Origin: Desulfobulbaceae bacterium DB1
GTDB lineage: Bacteria > Desulfobacterota > Desulfobulbia > Desulfobulbales > SURF-16
Direction of reading: 5' to 3'
Assembly: GCA_001914235.1 (NCBI GenBank)
Contig: MQUF01000003.1
Coordinates: forward strand, 448,225 to 512,224
Length of the DNA: 64,000 nucleotides
In this document: one piece after another, positions 55,703 through 64,000 of the stretch
Numbering within the stretch: position 1 is the first letter of the stretch
How the letters are laid out: each line of letters starts with the position of its first letter
Translations under genes and position numbers: made by a program
Notes under the pieces: model-generated
Database searches by the model: none
What the model was told of the DNA's origin: nothing
What the model saw: the letters and a program-made list of their open reading frames with translations, nothing else

Positions 55703-56658
55703 AAAAGAACATAAATCGCATCCTTTCCATCCTGCTGATCGGCCAGCTGGCGCTGATCGCCATTTTCTACTGGCCCGGCAAGGAAAAGAAAACGGCGCCA
55801 ACCGAACTTGTCACGGGCCTCAACGCCGAATCGGTGCGGGAACTGACCATTACCGACGACGAGGGGAAAACCCTTGCATTGGCAAAGGATAATGCCGGAC
55901 AATGGCAGGTGACCAGCGCGACGCCTTTGCCGCTGCCCGCCGACGGGAAACAGATGGAACGCACCATCGCCTCGCTCACCTCCCTTCAGTCGCAGCGGCT
56001 GGTGACCCGCACCAGGGCAAGCCATGTCCGTCTGCAGGTGGATGACCGCGTTTTCTCCCGCAAGATCACCCTGCGCGGCGAAAAGGATAAAAGCAGCACC
56101 CTCTTTCTCGGCACCACCCCCGGCCAGCAGACGACCCATGTTCGGGCGCAAGGTTCCGATGATGTGTATCTGGCCAGGGGAATTTCCGCCTGGGAGCTGA
56201 TTACCGAGCAGGATTCCTGGATCGCCAAGGAATATGTGGCGATTGACCGGGAAAAATTACAGGAAGTACGGCTGACAAACGGACATGGCTCCTTGACCCT
56301 GATACGGGAGCAAGGCAACTGGAGGCTGGCCGGTGCCGACGAAGCGAGCTCCGCCGTTGCTGAGGATGCGGTTGACGCCCTGCTGCAAAGGGCGACTCGC
56401 CTTACCCTGCATGAATACCTGGGCAAGGACAAACCAACGGACGCCCTTGACGCGGCCACCCTGACCCTGGTCGCGGAAGGCCAAACCGTCACCGTTGATA
56501 TCGGCAGCGGCCGGAAGGATTACGACAATTTTCATGTCATCAAGTCGTCGGCCTCGCCTTTTTATGTCACGGTCAGCGACTACCAGATCAAACCGCTCCT
56601 TGACATGACCAAGGAAGGTCTGGCCGCTCCGAAGAAGCCTGAGCCGGAACAGAAATAA
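55699..56658 (+). CDS. DUF4340 domain protein (GldG-system accessory)
   Basis: ATGA overlap with the upstream gene. An N-terminal anchor MKKNINRILSILLIGQLALIAIFYW is followed by repeated beta-rich modules. Confidence 0.7.
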   Translation: MKKNINRILSILLIGQLALIAIFYWPGKEKKTAPTELVTGLNAESVRELTITDDEGKTLALAKDNAGQWQVTSATPLPLPADGKQMERTIASLTSLQSQRLVTRTRASHVRLQVDDRVFSRKITLRGEKDKSSTLFLGTTPGQQTTHVRAQGSDDVYLARGISAWELITEQDSWIAKEYVAIDREKLQEVRLTNGHGSLTLIREQGNWRLAGADEASSAVAEDAVDALLQRATRLTLHEYLGKDKPTDALDAATLTLVAEGQTVTVDIGSGRKDYDNFHVIKSSASPFYVTVSDYQIKPLLDMTKEGLAAPKKPEPEQK

Positions 56659-56784
56659 TCGCCCCTCGCAACCTCCCCAAACCAGACACGAACGGGGCAG
56701 GAAAAAACACAGGGAATTGCGCTTTCCTGAAAAACAGAGCAATGCACAATTCCCCGTTCAGCCCTTCAAACCCGAACCGCTTCC

Positions 56785-58665
56785 TCAGGGCAAGGTCACC
56801 TGCAGATCCGCATCCTCGCTGAGGGTGTAATCCACCTTGTTGTAGGCGGCGTCGATGGTCTGCACCCGGATATTGTAGGTTCTGCCGGCAAGGGTATAGA
56901 CATGACTCATGACGGCAGCGGCCGGGTTGCTGTACACAGTGCTGCGGCGATCACCCCAGTAGACATAGGCCCTTTGCACATTCTCCGGGAAAGCCGCATT
57001 CAGGCTTACCGTCCTGCCGTTGACCGCGGTGGTGAAATCGATGACCGGGGCCTGCGATTCCACCAAGACCGCGGCGGCATTGACCACGGCGGTCGCGCTT
57101 TTGCCGCTCACCGATTCACGCATGGTCAGTGTCGCGCTATAGGTCCCCTCGCTGTCATACTGGTAAACGATACTCTCATTGCCGTTGCCGCCCGTGATGC
57201 TGCCGGTTCCCCCGAAGTCCCAGGTGTAGCTGCAGGTGCGCGCTAGCGCCACGCCATTGACGGTTTCGTAGCAGGCGGAACGGCTGGCGTCAAAACTCAC
57301 CGTCCGGTCCGTGTCAAGGGAAGAAAGGGCTGAGACATGCGGCACAACGCTTATCTCAACATAGTTCTCCCATCTGACCGGGTCTGAATATCCCCAGTAT
57401 GCATGGCAGGAGTTGGACGAACAGCTGCCGCCGCCCTCGGCCGGGGTATAGGTGAATGACAGAGCCTGATCACCGTCTCCGTTTCGCCCCGGAAAAGTCG
57501 GGCCAGGCGCGACATTGACCGTGCCGTTGTTATGGCTGGCGCTGATGTTTGATCCATCCGTGGTCGTCTCATAATGGCAGGTCTGGCAGCCATAGCCGAT
57601 CTGGGTGTGGCGCCCGTGCCGGTCATTTTCCCCTTGTGCCGGTGGATAGTCATGGCAGGAATTGCAGCTGGGAAGAAAACCGTTCTTGTGCTCATGACAG
57701 GCCAGACAATCCTGACCCGCATTATGCTCAATACCGGAACCATCTGCCCGCCAGTAATTGGTCGTGGTGTGACAGACCTGACAAATGCCGTCCGGGGTGG
57801 AATCCGTCCCTCCTGCCCCGAGCCCGTCGTTTTTAGCCGCATCCTGACGGCCGAGAAAACGCACGGGAGAGCTGGTCCAGCTGGATGGAGCCGTCGTATC
57901 GGTATAGATTCGGGACAAAATTTCCTGGCCGTAAAAAACCCTGAGCACACCAGGAGGGTACGGCTCGAAAACATCATTTCTCAATTGTCCCTTGATCACA
58001 ATCGTGCTGGTGCCGTCAGGGTTGGTGGCGGCATCGAGAATTTCGCCGTACCAGACACGGGGGCGATTGCCTGGGTCACGAATAATCTCCAGCATCAGCC
58101 CGCGTTCCGGTCCTGTTTTCTTATTCCAGCTGCCGAGATCGTTCCACTGTACCGCATTGACCGTCATCTGCACCCCGGAGAAGGTTGTCGTATCCATGGC
58201 CGGATCCCAAACCCCGGCGCTGGTATATGTCCCCTCGGCAATTGCCGGGGTAAGGAGCGGGTTGACATGACCAATCTGCGGCGGATGAAATTCGGCATTC
58301 TGGCTGGGGCCGTGATGGCAGGAACCGCAGCCCCGGATCAAGGTCCCCCTGGGGTCGCTGCCGAGTGCGGCGGCGGAATGCGATTCCATGGCCGGTGCGG
58401 AATGCAGGCTGTAGGGAGGCCCGTTTTCATTGACATGACAGCTTGCGCAAAGAAAACGATTGGAATAAAAGGACCAGCTTCCCGTGACCCCGTCATCCGT
58501 ATGGCAGTTCCCGCAGTCGCGGAAACTGAAACCATCCGAGTTCATATAACTGGTTGCGTTATGAGGCGACTGCTCATAAAAACTGTAGGTCAACTGGGCC
58601 GCGGCCGCCCCAGGCATGGCCAGAACCACCAGCAGGGGCAGACTCTTCATCATTTTTTTCTTCAT
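56785..58665 (-). CDS. Secreted multihaem c-type cytochrome (7 CXXCH plus 1 CX4CH) with two C-terminal PKD/Ig-like domains
   Basis: Signal peptide present. Haem sites are CGNCH, CASCH, CGSCH, CQVCH, CLACH, CNSCH, CQTCH and GGGSCSSNSCH. The PKD-like segment is CSYTWDFGGTGSITGGNGNESIVYQYDSEGTYSATL. Confidence 0.85.
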   Translation of the reverse strand: MKKKMMKSLPLLVVLAMPGAAAAQLTYSFYEQSPHNATSYMNSDGFSFRDCGNCHTDDGVTGSWSFYSNRFLCASCHVNENGPPYSLHSAPAMESHSAAALGSDPRGTLIRGCGSCHHGPSQNAEFHPPQIGHVNPLLTPAIAEGTYTSAGVWDPAMDTTTFSGVQMTVNAVQWNDLGSWNKKTGPERGLMLEIIRDPGNRPRVWYGEILDAATNPDGTSTIVIKGQLRNDVFEPYPPGVLRVFYGQEILSRIYTDTTAPSSWTSSPVRFLGRQDAAKNDGLGAGGTDSTPDGICQVCHTTTNYWRADGSGIEHNAGQDCLACHEHKNGFLPSCNSCHDYPPAQGENDRHGRHTQIGYGCQTCHYETTTDGSNISASHNNGTVNVAPGPTFPGRNGDGDQALSFTYTPAEGGGSCSSNSCHAYWGYSDPVRWENYVEISVVPHVSALSSLDTDRTVSFDASRSACYETVNGVALARTCSYTWDFGGTGSITGGNGNESIVYQYDSEGTYSATLTMRESVSGKSATAVVNAAAVLVESQAPVIDFTTAVNGRTVSLNAAFPENVQRAYVYWGDRRSTVYSNPAAAVMSHVYTLAGRTYNIRVQTIDAAYNKVDYTLSEDADLQVTLP

Positions 58666-59007
58666 TTTTTTCCCTTTTCTTCATCTGAGCCGGGCCGGCG
58701 CAGCATAACCGGGCATTGACTGTTTCGTTATACCGGGATGTGCTGCGCCCCCGGATCCTCAACCAAGATTGCATGCAAGAAAAAATCCACCATACCACGA
58801 TGTGGTAAATATTTTTTTCGTAATAATATCCGCATTTTCGAAACAAACACCGGGCGCAACAACGCCGGGATCGGGATTATTGCGTCCTTTCCCCCCAAAA
58901 AACAGGGCCACAGGGTTATTTACCCCAACGCTTGGGTAAACTTACGGAATCGATAGGGATATGATGCGGACAACAACAGAAAAGGAGAGGTGCGTGAGGG
59001 AAGGTTT

Positions 59008-59053
59008 AAAAAGGCTGCGGCAGCTTCCTGCAATACAAGAAGCTGCCGCAGCC
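59008..59053 (-). terminator. Intrinsic terminator after purC
   Basis: 15-bp stem GGCTGCGGCAGCTTC / GAAGCTGCCGCAGCC, followed by a T-run on the minus strand. Confidence 0.75.
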
Positions 59054-59105
59054 GGACTTACGGGGGAGAAGCCCTTTCATTTTATTGAGGTTTCTCCCGC
59101 ATCTT

Positions 59106-60005
59106 TCATCCGGCCAGGGTTTTGCCGGTAATTCTCTCCAGTGCCTCAAGGTAGCGGGCGCTGGTTTTATTGATGATATCCGCCGGAAGTTTCGGTGCCG
59201 GCGGCGTTTTCGGCCAGTCAAGGGAAGACAGATAATCCCGGAGAAACTGCTTGTCGAAACTGGCCTGGCCCCGGCCGATCTGATAGTCGTCTTCCGGCCA
59301 GAAACGGGACGAATCCGGCGTCAGCACCTCATCGATGAGCATCAGCCTGCCCTCATGCCAGCCCAGCTCGAATTTCGTGTCGGCAATGATGATCCCCCGG
59401 CTGCGCGCATAATCGGCCGCCTTGCGATACAGCTCGACGCATACCCGGGAAATCTCCGCTGTTTCCTGTCTGCCGACGATCTCCTCCATTTTCTCCAAAG
59501 AAATGTTTTCATCGTGGAGCCCCAGCTCCGCCTTGGTGGAAGGGGTAAAGAGCACCTCGGGCAACTTCTCCGACTCCCGCAACCCATCAGGCAGTTTGAA
59601 ACCGCAAACCGTGGTGTTTTCTTTATATGCGCTCCAGAAAGAGCCGGAAATATAACCGCGGACAATGCATTCCACCGGCAGGGGTTTGGCCTTTTTCACC
59701 AGCATGCTGCGTCCCCTGAGTTGATCGGCGTAAGGGGCGCAGACCGCCGGATATTCGGCGGGATCGGCGGAAATGAGATGGTTCGGGATAATGTCGGCCA
59801 GATAGTCGAACCAGAAAAGAGAGACCTGGGTCAGCACTTCGCCTTTATGGGCAATGGGATCTTCCATGACAACATCAAAGGCGGATATTCTGTCGGTTGC
59901 TACCATGAGGAGCTTGTCCTCAACCTCGTAGAGATCGCGAACCTTACCGCGATGGATTAATTTCAGATCCGGGAAATTGGTTTTGGTAACCGGGGATGCA
60001 CTCAT
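59106..60005 (-). CDS. purC: Phosphoribosylaminoimidazole-succinocarboxamide synthase
   Basis: [26 protein letters not shown]..; 299 aa, long-form SAICAR synthetase. Confidence 0.95.
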   Translation of the reverse strand: MSASPVTKTNFPDLKLIHRGKVRDLYEVEDKLLMVATDRISAFDVVMEDPIAHKGEVLTQVSLFWFDYLADIIPNHLISADPAEYPAVCAPYADQLRGRSMLVKKAKPLPVECIVRGYISGSFWSAYKENTTVCGFKLPDGLRESEKLPEVLFTPSTKAELGLHDENISLEKMEEIVGRQETAEISRVCVELYRKAADYARSRGIIIADTKFELGWHEGRLMLIDEVLTPDSSRFWPEDDYQIGRGQASFDKQFLRDYLSSLDWPKTPPAPKLPADIINKTSARYLEALERITGKTLAG

Positions 60006-60103
60006 CGTTAAACCTCAGCTTGCTGGAATATTATTTTGATTTAGAAATTGCAGAAAACAGCACGAACCACTCCTGATGCCGCAAACTCACTTTACCGTTT
60101 CTT

Positions 60104-61957
60104 TCATCGAAAAAACCATTTTTTTATGTCGGCTTCGCTAAAAAATTTCACCACCGGCCGTCCGTGCGGGCAATGGGAAAAAATACCCGCTTCCTCCATC
60201 CTCCGGACAAGCTCTTCTCCCTCTTGGGGCAGCAACGGATCATTGGCCTTGACCGCCGCCTTGCATGCCATCAGGGCAAGAATATCATCAATCCGCCGGG
60301 CGGTCACTTTTTCTTTGCCTTCGCGGTTGAGGAAACAGTCAAAAATACCGTTGATGATTTCAAGCGGGCCGAGATGGCCAAGTATGGCAGGCACCGCCTT
60401 GACGGCATAACTCTGACCGCCGAATTCCTGGATGTTCACGCCGAGCCGCCTGATTTCCTCGGCATGGGCAGTCAAGACCTCGATCTGGGCCGGAGTACAT
60501 TCGATGATCTCCGGGAACAACAGCGACCGGCCAGGCAACCGCATGTCATGATACTGATTTTTCAGCTTCTCGAAAAGCAGTCGTTCATGGGCGGCATGCT
60601 GGTCGATCACCGCGATGCCCCCATCGGTTTCACAGAGAAGATACGACTGAAAAAACTGCCCGACATAGCGAAGTCGTCGACCTGTCGTTTTTTCCGGTTG
60701 CACGCTTTTGTCCTCCGCGTCCATCGCCTGCGATGGTGGAGGATGAACGCCGGGCGGTGGAGGTTCGGCAACGGTCAAAACGGCCGGCGCGTTCACCGGA
60801 ACGGACGGCCGGGTCGTCTCAACAAAAAGCTTTACCGCCGGGACGGACAAGGAATCGGGCGTATCCCGGCGCCGGGGTGTTGCCGGAGAACTTGCGGCCA
60901 GGCCTGAGAATGGTTGCTTTTCACTTTTTTCAGGCCTGCCGAAGAGAGAAAACCGGACCTCGTTCTGATAATTTTCCATTGCCCGGCCCACGGCATAAAC
61001 CACCATGCGGTGGACATGCTGGGAATCGCGGAAGCGGATTTCCTGCTTGGTGGGATGGACATTGACATCAACCAGCCGCGGATCAAGGGCAAGAAAGACG
61101 GCGCCGCCGGGCTTCCGGCCCTTCATGAGAAAATTATGCATCCCTTCGGCAACCGCATGGCTGATCACACGATCCCGCACCGGCCGCCGGTTGACGAAAA
61201 TTTTCAGGCGCGCCGCAGGGGCCGCACCCTCATCCGGGGGCAGCAGAAAACCGGAAAGTGCCATTTCCCCTTCCCGCCCCTCGACAGGGATCAGATTTTT
61301 TTTCAGATGGGGGGCCATAATCTCGCGAACCCGCCACTCCAAGCTCTCACACCCGGCGGCAAAGGAAAGCACCTCTTTGTTGTCAACCGCACAGGTAAAG
61401 CCGATGGCCGGATAGGCAAGCGCACTGTTGATGACGATTTCGTCAATATGGGAAAGCTCGGTGCGGGTTGTTTTGAGAAATTTCCTGCGGGCCGGGACGT
61501 TGCCGAAAAGATCATGAACCTCCATGATGGTCCCTGGACCGCAACCCATTTCATGAACCTTATGGAGCTGCCCGAAACGAACCTCGGCCCGGTTGCCCAA
61601 CGGCGCGTCGACGAGCCGGGACGTGATGGTCAGCCGCGACACCGAAGCGATGCTCGGGATGGCCTCACCCCTGAAACCAAGGGTATTGATCGCGGCAAGC
61701 TGTTCGGCGTTCCACAGTTTGCTGGTGGCGTGGCGTTCAAGGCAAAGGAGCATGTCGTCCTGGTCCATGCCGGAACCGTCGTCAATAACCCGGATCAGCC
61801 GGCTGCCTCCCCCTTCCACCTCGACCCGGATCCTGCCGGCCCCGGCATCAATGCTGTTTTCCACAAACTCCTTGACCACGGAGGCCGGTCTTTCCACAAC
61901 CTCGCCCGCGGCAATCTGATTGGCCAGATTTTCCGGCAGAATTCTGATCTTGGACAT
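60104..61957 (-). CDS. mutL: DNA mismatch repair protein MutL
   Basis: MSKIRILPENLANQIAAGEVVERPASVVKEFVENSIDAG (GHKL ATPase N-terminus) and the conserved C-terminal dimerisation domain. Confidence 0.95.
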   Translation of the reverse strand: MSKIRILPENLANQIAAGEVVERPASVVKEFVENSIDAGAGRIRVEVEGGGSRLIRVIDDGSGMDQDDMLLCLERHATSKLWNAEQLAAINTLGFRGEAIPSIASVSRLTITSRLVDAPLGNRAEVRFGQLHKVHEMGCGPGTIMEVHDLFGNVPARRKFLKTTRTELSHIDEIVINSALAYPAIGFTCAVDNKEVLSFAAGCESLEWRVREIMAPHLKKNLIPVEGREGEMALSGFLLPPDEGAAPAARLKIFVNRRPVRDRVISHAVAEGMHNFLMKGRKPGGAVFLALDPRLVDVNVHPTKQEIRFRDSQHVHRMVVYAVGRAMENYQNEVRFSLFGRPEKSEKQPFSGLAASSPATPRRRDTPDSLSVPAVKLFVETTRPSVPVNAPAVLTVAEPPPPGVHPPPSQAMDAEDKSVQPEKTTGRRLRYVGQFFQSYLLCETDGGIAVIDQHAAHERLLFEKLKNQYHDMRLPGRSLLFPEIIECTPAQIEVLTAHAEEIRRLGVNIQEFGGQSYAVKAVPAILGHLGPLEIINGIFDCFLNREGKEKVTARRIDDILALMACKAAVKANDPLLPQEGEELVRRMEEAGIFSHCPHGRPVVKFFSEADIKKWFFR

Positions 61958-62082
61958 GGTTCATCAACTTTCTGAGTTGGTTGCGTTCTGAAAATACAAT
62001 ATACGGCGCACGCGCAAACGGTTACCCACGAAGCCGCTGATCCGATTTCCTTGGATCTCTGCAGCACCCGCCTTTGCCTGTC

Positions 62083-63447
62083 TTATTTCAAATACGCATG
62101 TATATAGAGATCCATCCAGCTTTGATCCCACCACTCAATGGGATTTACCAGAATACCGTTTACCAGCATGCTGAAATGGAGATGGTCGCCGCCCGCCATT
62201 CCCGTTGTGCCGGTGGCGCCTATCACCGCATTTTTTTCCACCATGTCGCCGACCGCCACATTAATCGAACTGAGATGCGAATAAAGACTGGACACCCCCA
62301 GACCGTGATCGAGAATGACCATATTCCCGTAAATGCCGAGATAATCGGCAAAGAGCACTTTGCCCCGGTTGGCGGCCTGCACCGGATAACGCTCAGTGGC
62401 GGCAAGATCGATTCCCAGATGCACCTGCTTGTCCACCTCCTGGTCCTGATAATAATAGGTGCGATGATCGGCATAGCCGGCACGGTTGCTGCCCTCCATC
62501 CGCCCGAAACGACCATCCCACAGTTTCTCGGGCACCGATGCCCGGCACAGTTCCATTATTTTCTGATTATTGTCGAAACGAACCTTGTTATTGACAAACA
62601 GATACTGTTCCAGTTTGCTGCCGGTCATCTCGGGGTAATGCTGGGAAAATTCCGGAATCTTTGCATCCAGGAAACCGTCAGATACACTGATTTTATCGTG
62701 CTTGAAATTGACTTTTTTAAACACCATGCCGAACGGTGAACTGCCGACATTCCCCGCCTGATCAACCGCCTCAATCCGCGCCTGACGGATTTCGTCCGCA
62801 TCAAACGCCAAGGCGACTATTGCCCCATAAAGCCCTTCCTTGGCCGGAATGGGGAATCCGGGATGGTAGGAATCGTTGAGAAATACGCCATGCTTGGCAA
62901 CCGGTTCGCTGATCCTGTAGGTAATCATTCCGGCTCCGCCCGGCTTGATATAACGGGAGGAATCAACCAAACTCACCTGGGGTGGCCGGGTATCGAGGGT
63001 CACCGGGAAAATCAGCTGCACAACATTGCCGCGGGCAAAATTCCAGAAAGAAAAATCCCGTGCGGTGAAAACAATTTCCGCCGGGCCGTCCTTCAGTCCC
63101 AACACCTTGCTGTCAACGGTCACCTCTGTCTTGACGGTATGTTGCCCGGCGGACCTGAAATACCCCTGCCTTTCATAATCTTGCGCCAGAAGCTGTTTTT
63201 CCACGCCTCCCTGACGCACAACAGTACCAATATGGCGTATGCCGCTTTTTTCATCGTTGACCTCAAAGGCAATCCGCCGTTGACTGCTGATGAGATCAAT
63301 ATTTCCGGCAATATCGATGCGGGGTTTTTCCCACTCAAGCAGCAGAAAAAGAAGAACTGCCGCCGCAACCAGCAAAAGAAAAGGAATAAAAAGGAAAAAA
63401 GTCGATTTCCTGTTGATTGCCCGATCCACACCTAAGGATTTTGACAT
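62083..63447 (-). CDS. M23 family metallopeptidase (membrane-anchored)
   Basis: N-terminal TM. LytM motifs HLGIDLAA and GGDHLHFSMLVNG. The start is trimmed to ATG 63447, after AGGAG. Confidence 0.85.
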   Translation of the reverse strand: MSKSLGVDRAINRKSTFFLFIPFLLLVAAAVLLFLLLEWEKPRIDIAGNIDLISSQRRIAFEVNDEKSGIRHIGTVVRQGGVEKQLLAQDYERQGYFRSAGQHTVKTEVTVDSKVLGLKDGPAEIVFTARDFSFWNFARGNVVQLIFPVTLDTRPPQVSLVDSSRYIKPGGAGMITYRISEPVAKHGVFLNDSYHPGFPIPAKEGLYGAIVALAFDADEIRQARIEAVDQAGNVGSSPFGMVFKKVNFKHDKISVSDGFLDAKIPEFSQHYPEMTGSKLEQYLFVNNKVRFDNNQKIMELCRASVPEKLWDGRFGRMEGSNRAGYADHRTYYYQDQEVDKQVHLGIDLAATERYPVQAANRGKVLFADYLGIYGNMVILDHGLGVSSLYSHLSSINVAVGDMVEKNAVIGATGTTGMAGGDHLHFSMLVNGILVNPIEWWDQSWMDLYIHAYLK

Positions 63448-63753
63448 GATAAAAGCTCCTGAACCTTCATTTAGCGAGTAGTAACGTAAAAAAAAGATGG
63501 GCCGCCCATTCCCGTTGTTCCACTGCGTGGCGGCAAAAAGAATCGCCTGCGAGACAGACACTGAACACGAATTTGCAAAACCCGGTCAACATACCATGTT
63601 CTCCATCAAAATAAAACCTTTGCGTCTCTGTTTCTTTAACGTTACATTACTCGTTACATTCAGTCCGGCATCCGGAGATGCACCCCCTTTCGAGCATCCT
63701 GTCCGGCGTTCCGGCGCACCTGCGTGGATTCAGCTTCAACCTTATCCGTAGGC

Positions 63754-64000
63754 ATGAAAACTCATTTTCACACGATCATCATCGGCGCCGGCCCCGGAGG
63801 GCTTTGCTGCGCGGAAAAACTCGGCAGGCAAGGCGCCGAAGTTCTTCTGCTTGAGCGCCGCAAATCCATCGGCCCCAAAGTGTGCGCCGGAGGAGTAACC
63901 TGGTCGGGGCTTGCCCGCCATCTCCCGCCGCATCTCATCGAAAAGGAATTTCATTGCCAGCATGTGCGCTCGGCCCGGCAACAAACCGTTGTCAGTGCTC
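63754..64000 (+). CDS. FAD-dependent oxidoreductase, geranylgeranyl-reductase family (5' partial, runs off the window)
   Basis: MKTHFHTIIIGAGPGGLCCAEKLGRQGAEVLLLERRKSIGPKVCAGGVT contains a GxGxxG FAD fold. No stop occurs before the window end. Confidence 0.7.
   Translation, partial: MKTHFHTIIIGAGPGGLCCAEKLGRQGAEVLLLERRKSIGPKVCAGGVTWSGLARHLPPHLIEKEFHCQHVRSARQQTVVSA

Noticed and set aside
1-64000. A search for CRISPR arrays, rRNA genes, intact IS elements or integrases, prophage modules, and nuclease/ATPase defence cassettes.
   Set aside because: No regularly spaced direct repeats were seen, and no rRNA-like or transposase/integrase-like translations. The only defence-related element found is the TA pair at 8188-9033.

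Overview
Chromosomal window, moderately GC-rich, with about 60 protein genes, one tRNA, no rRNA, no CRISPR array and no intact transposase or integrase. The gene content suggests an anaerobic Desulfobacterota-type (deltaproteobacterial) genome; this is inference only. The supporting genes are a selenocysteine-decoding formate dehydrogenase, several multihaem c-type cytochromes (one with a Geobacter-style CX4CH site), sigma54/NtrC regulation, CzcCBA and Hsp20s. Layout by coordinate: (1-3.7 kb) ABC-2 permease, a truncated ABC ATPase relic and a FecR/DUF6600-like secreted protein. (3.7-7.2 kb) RNA-chaperone cluster: CspA, DEAD-box helicase, Zn-ribbon protein, RRM protein. (7.2-9.3 kb) Fe-S flavoprotein, a DUF4258/MqsA-type toxin-antitoxin pair and tRNA-Ser(CGA). 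(9.5-21.1 kb) lipase-like hydrolase, then a metal-resistance block: CzcC-B-A, a P-II-like protein and a multicopper oxidase fused to a CopB-like barrel. (21.2-25.2 kb) two Hsp20 genes, a PPP-like phosphoesterase and a frameshifted Ser/Thr kinase. (25.2-26.5 kb) a gene-poor decayed stretch. (26.5-32 kb) a ModE-like regulator, a 1378-codon Sec-containing formate dehydrogenase fusion and a CBS/ACT protein. (32.2-36.9 kb) LemA, an M48 peptidase and secreted proteins. (37.3-46.1 kb) sensor kinase, NtrC-type regulator, FtsH, then a sigma54-type promoter driving two paralogous small membrane proteins and two paralogous membrane-anchored multihaem cytochromes. (46.2-51.6 kb) SprT/DUF2786 protein, cupin, AEC transporter, a candidate selenoprotein of the C_GCAxxG_C_C family, TrmO, DUF3047 and a stand-alone IF2 C-terminal paralogue. 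(51.8-58.7 kb) GldA/F/G-like ABC system with DUF4340, and an 8-haem cytochrome with PKD domains. (59.1-64 kb) purC, mutL, an M23 peptidase and a partial FAD reductase. The most interesting observations are these. (a) The regulator-to-cytochrome module at 37.3-46.1 kb, with an uncharacterised duplicated small-protein family. (b) An in-frame TGA at the first conserved Cys of a C_GCAxxG_C_C protein, which the ORF track missed. (c) The single-polypeptide 2Fe-2S/GltD-like/FdhA(Sec) fusion, whose SECIS matches the E. coli fdhF geometry. (d) The CopA-CopB fusion. (e) A 15-nt copy of the tRNA-Ser 3' end that bounds a 1.2-kb TA islet. (f) An orphan IF2 C-terminal protein. (g) A noticeable number of gene relics.
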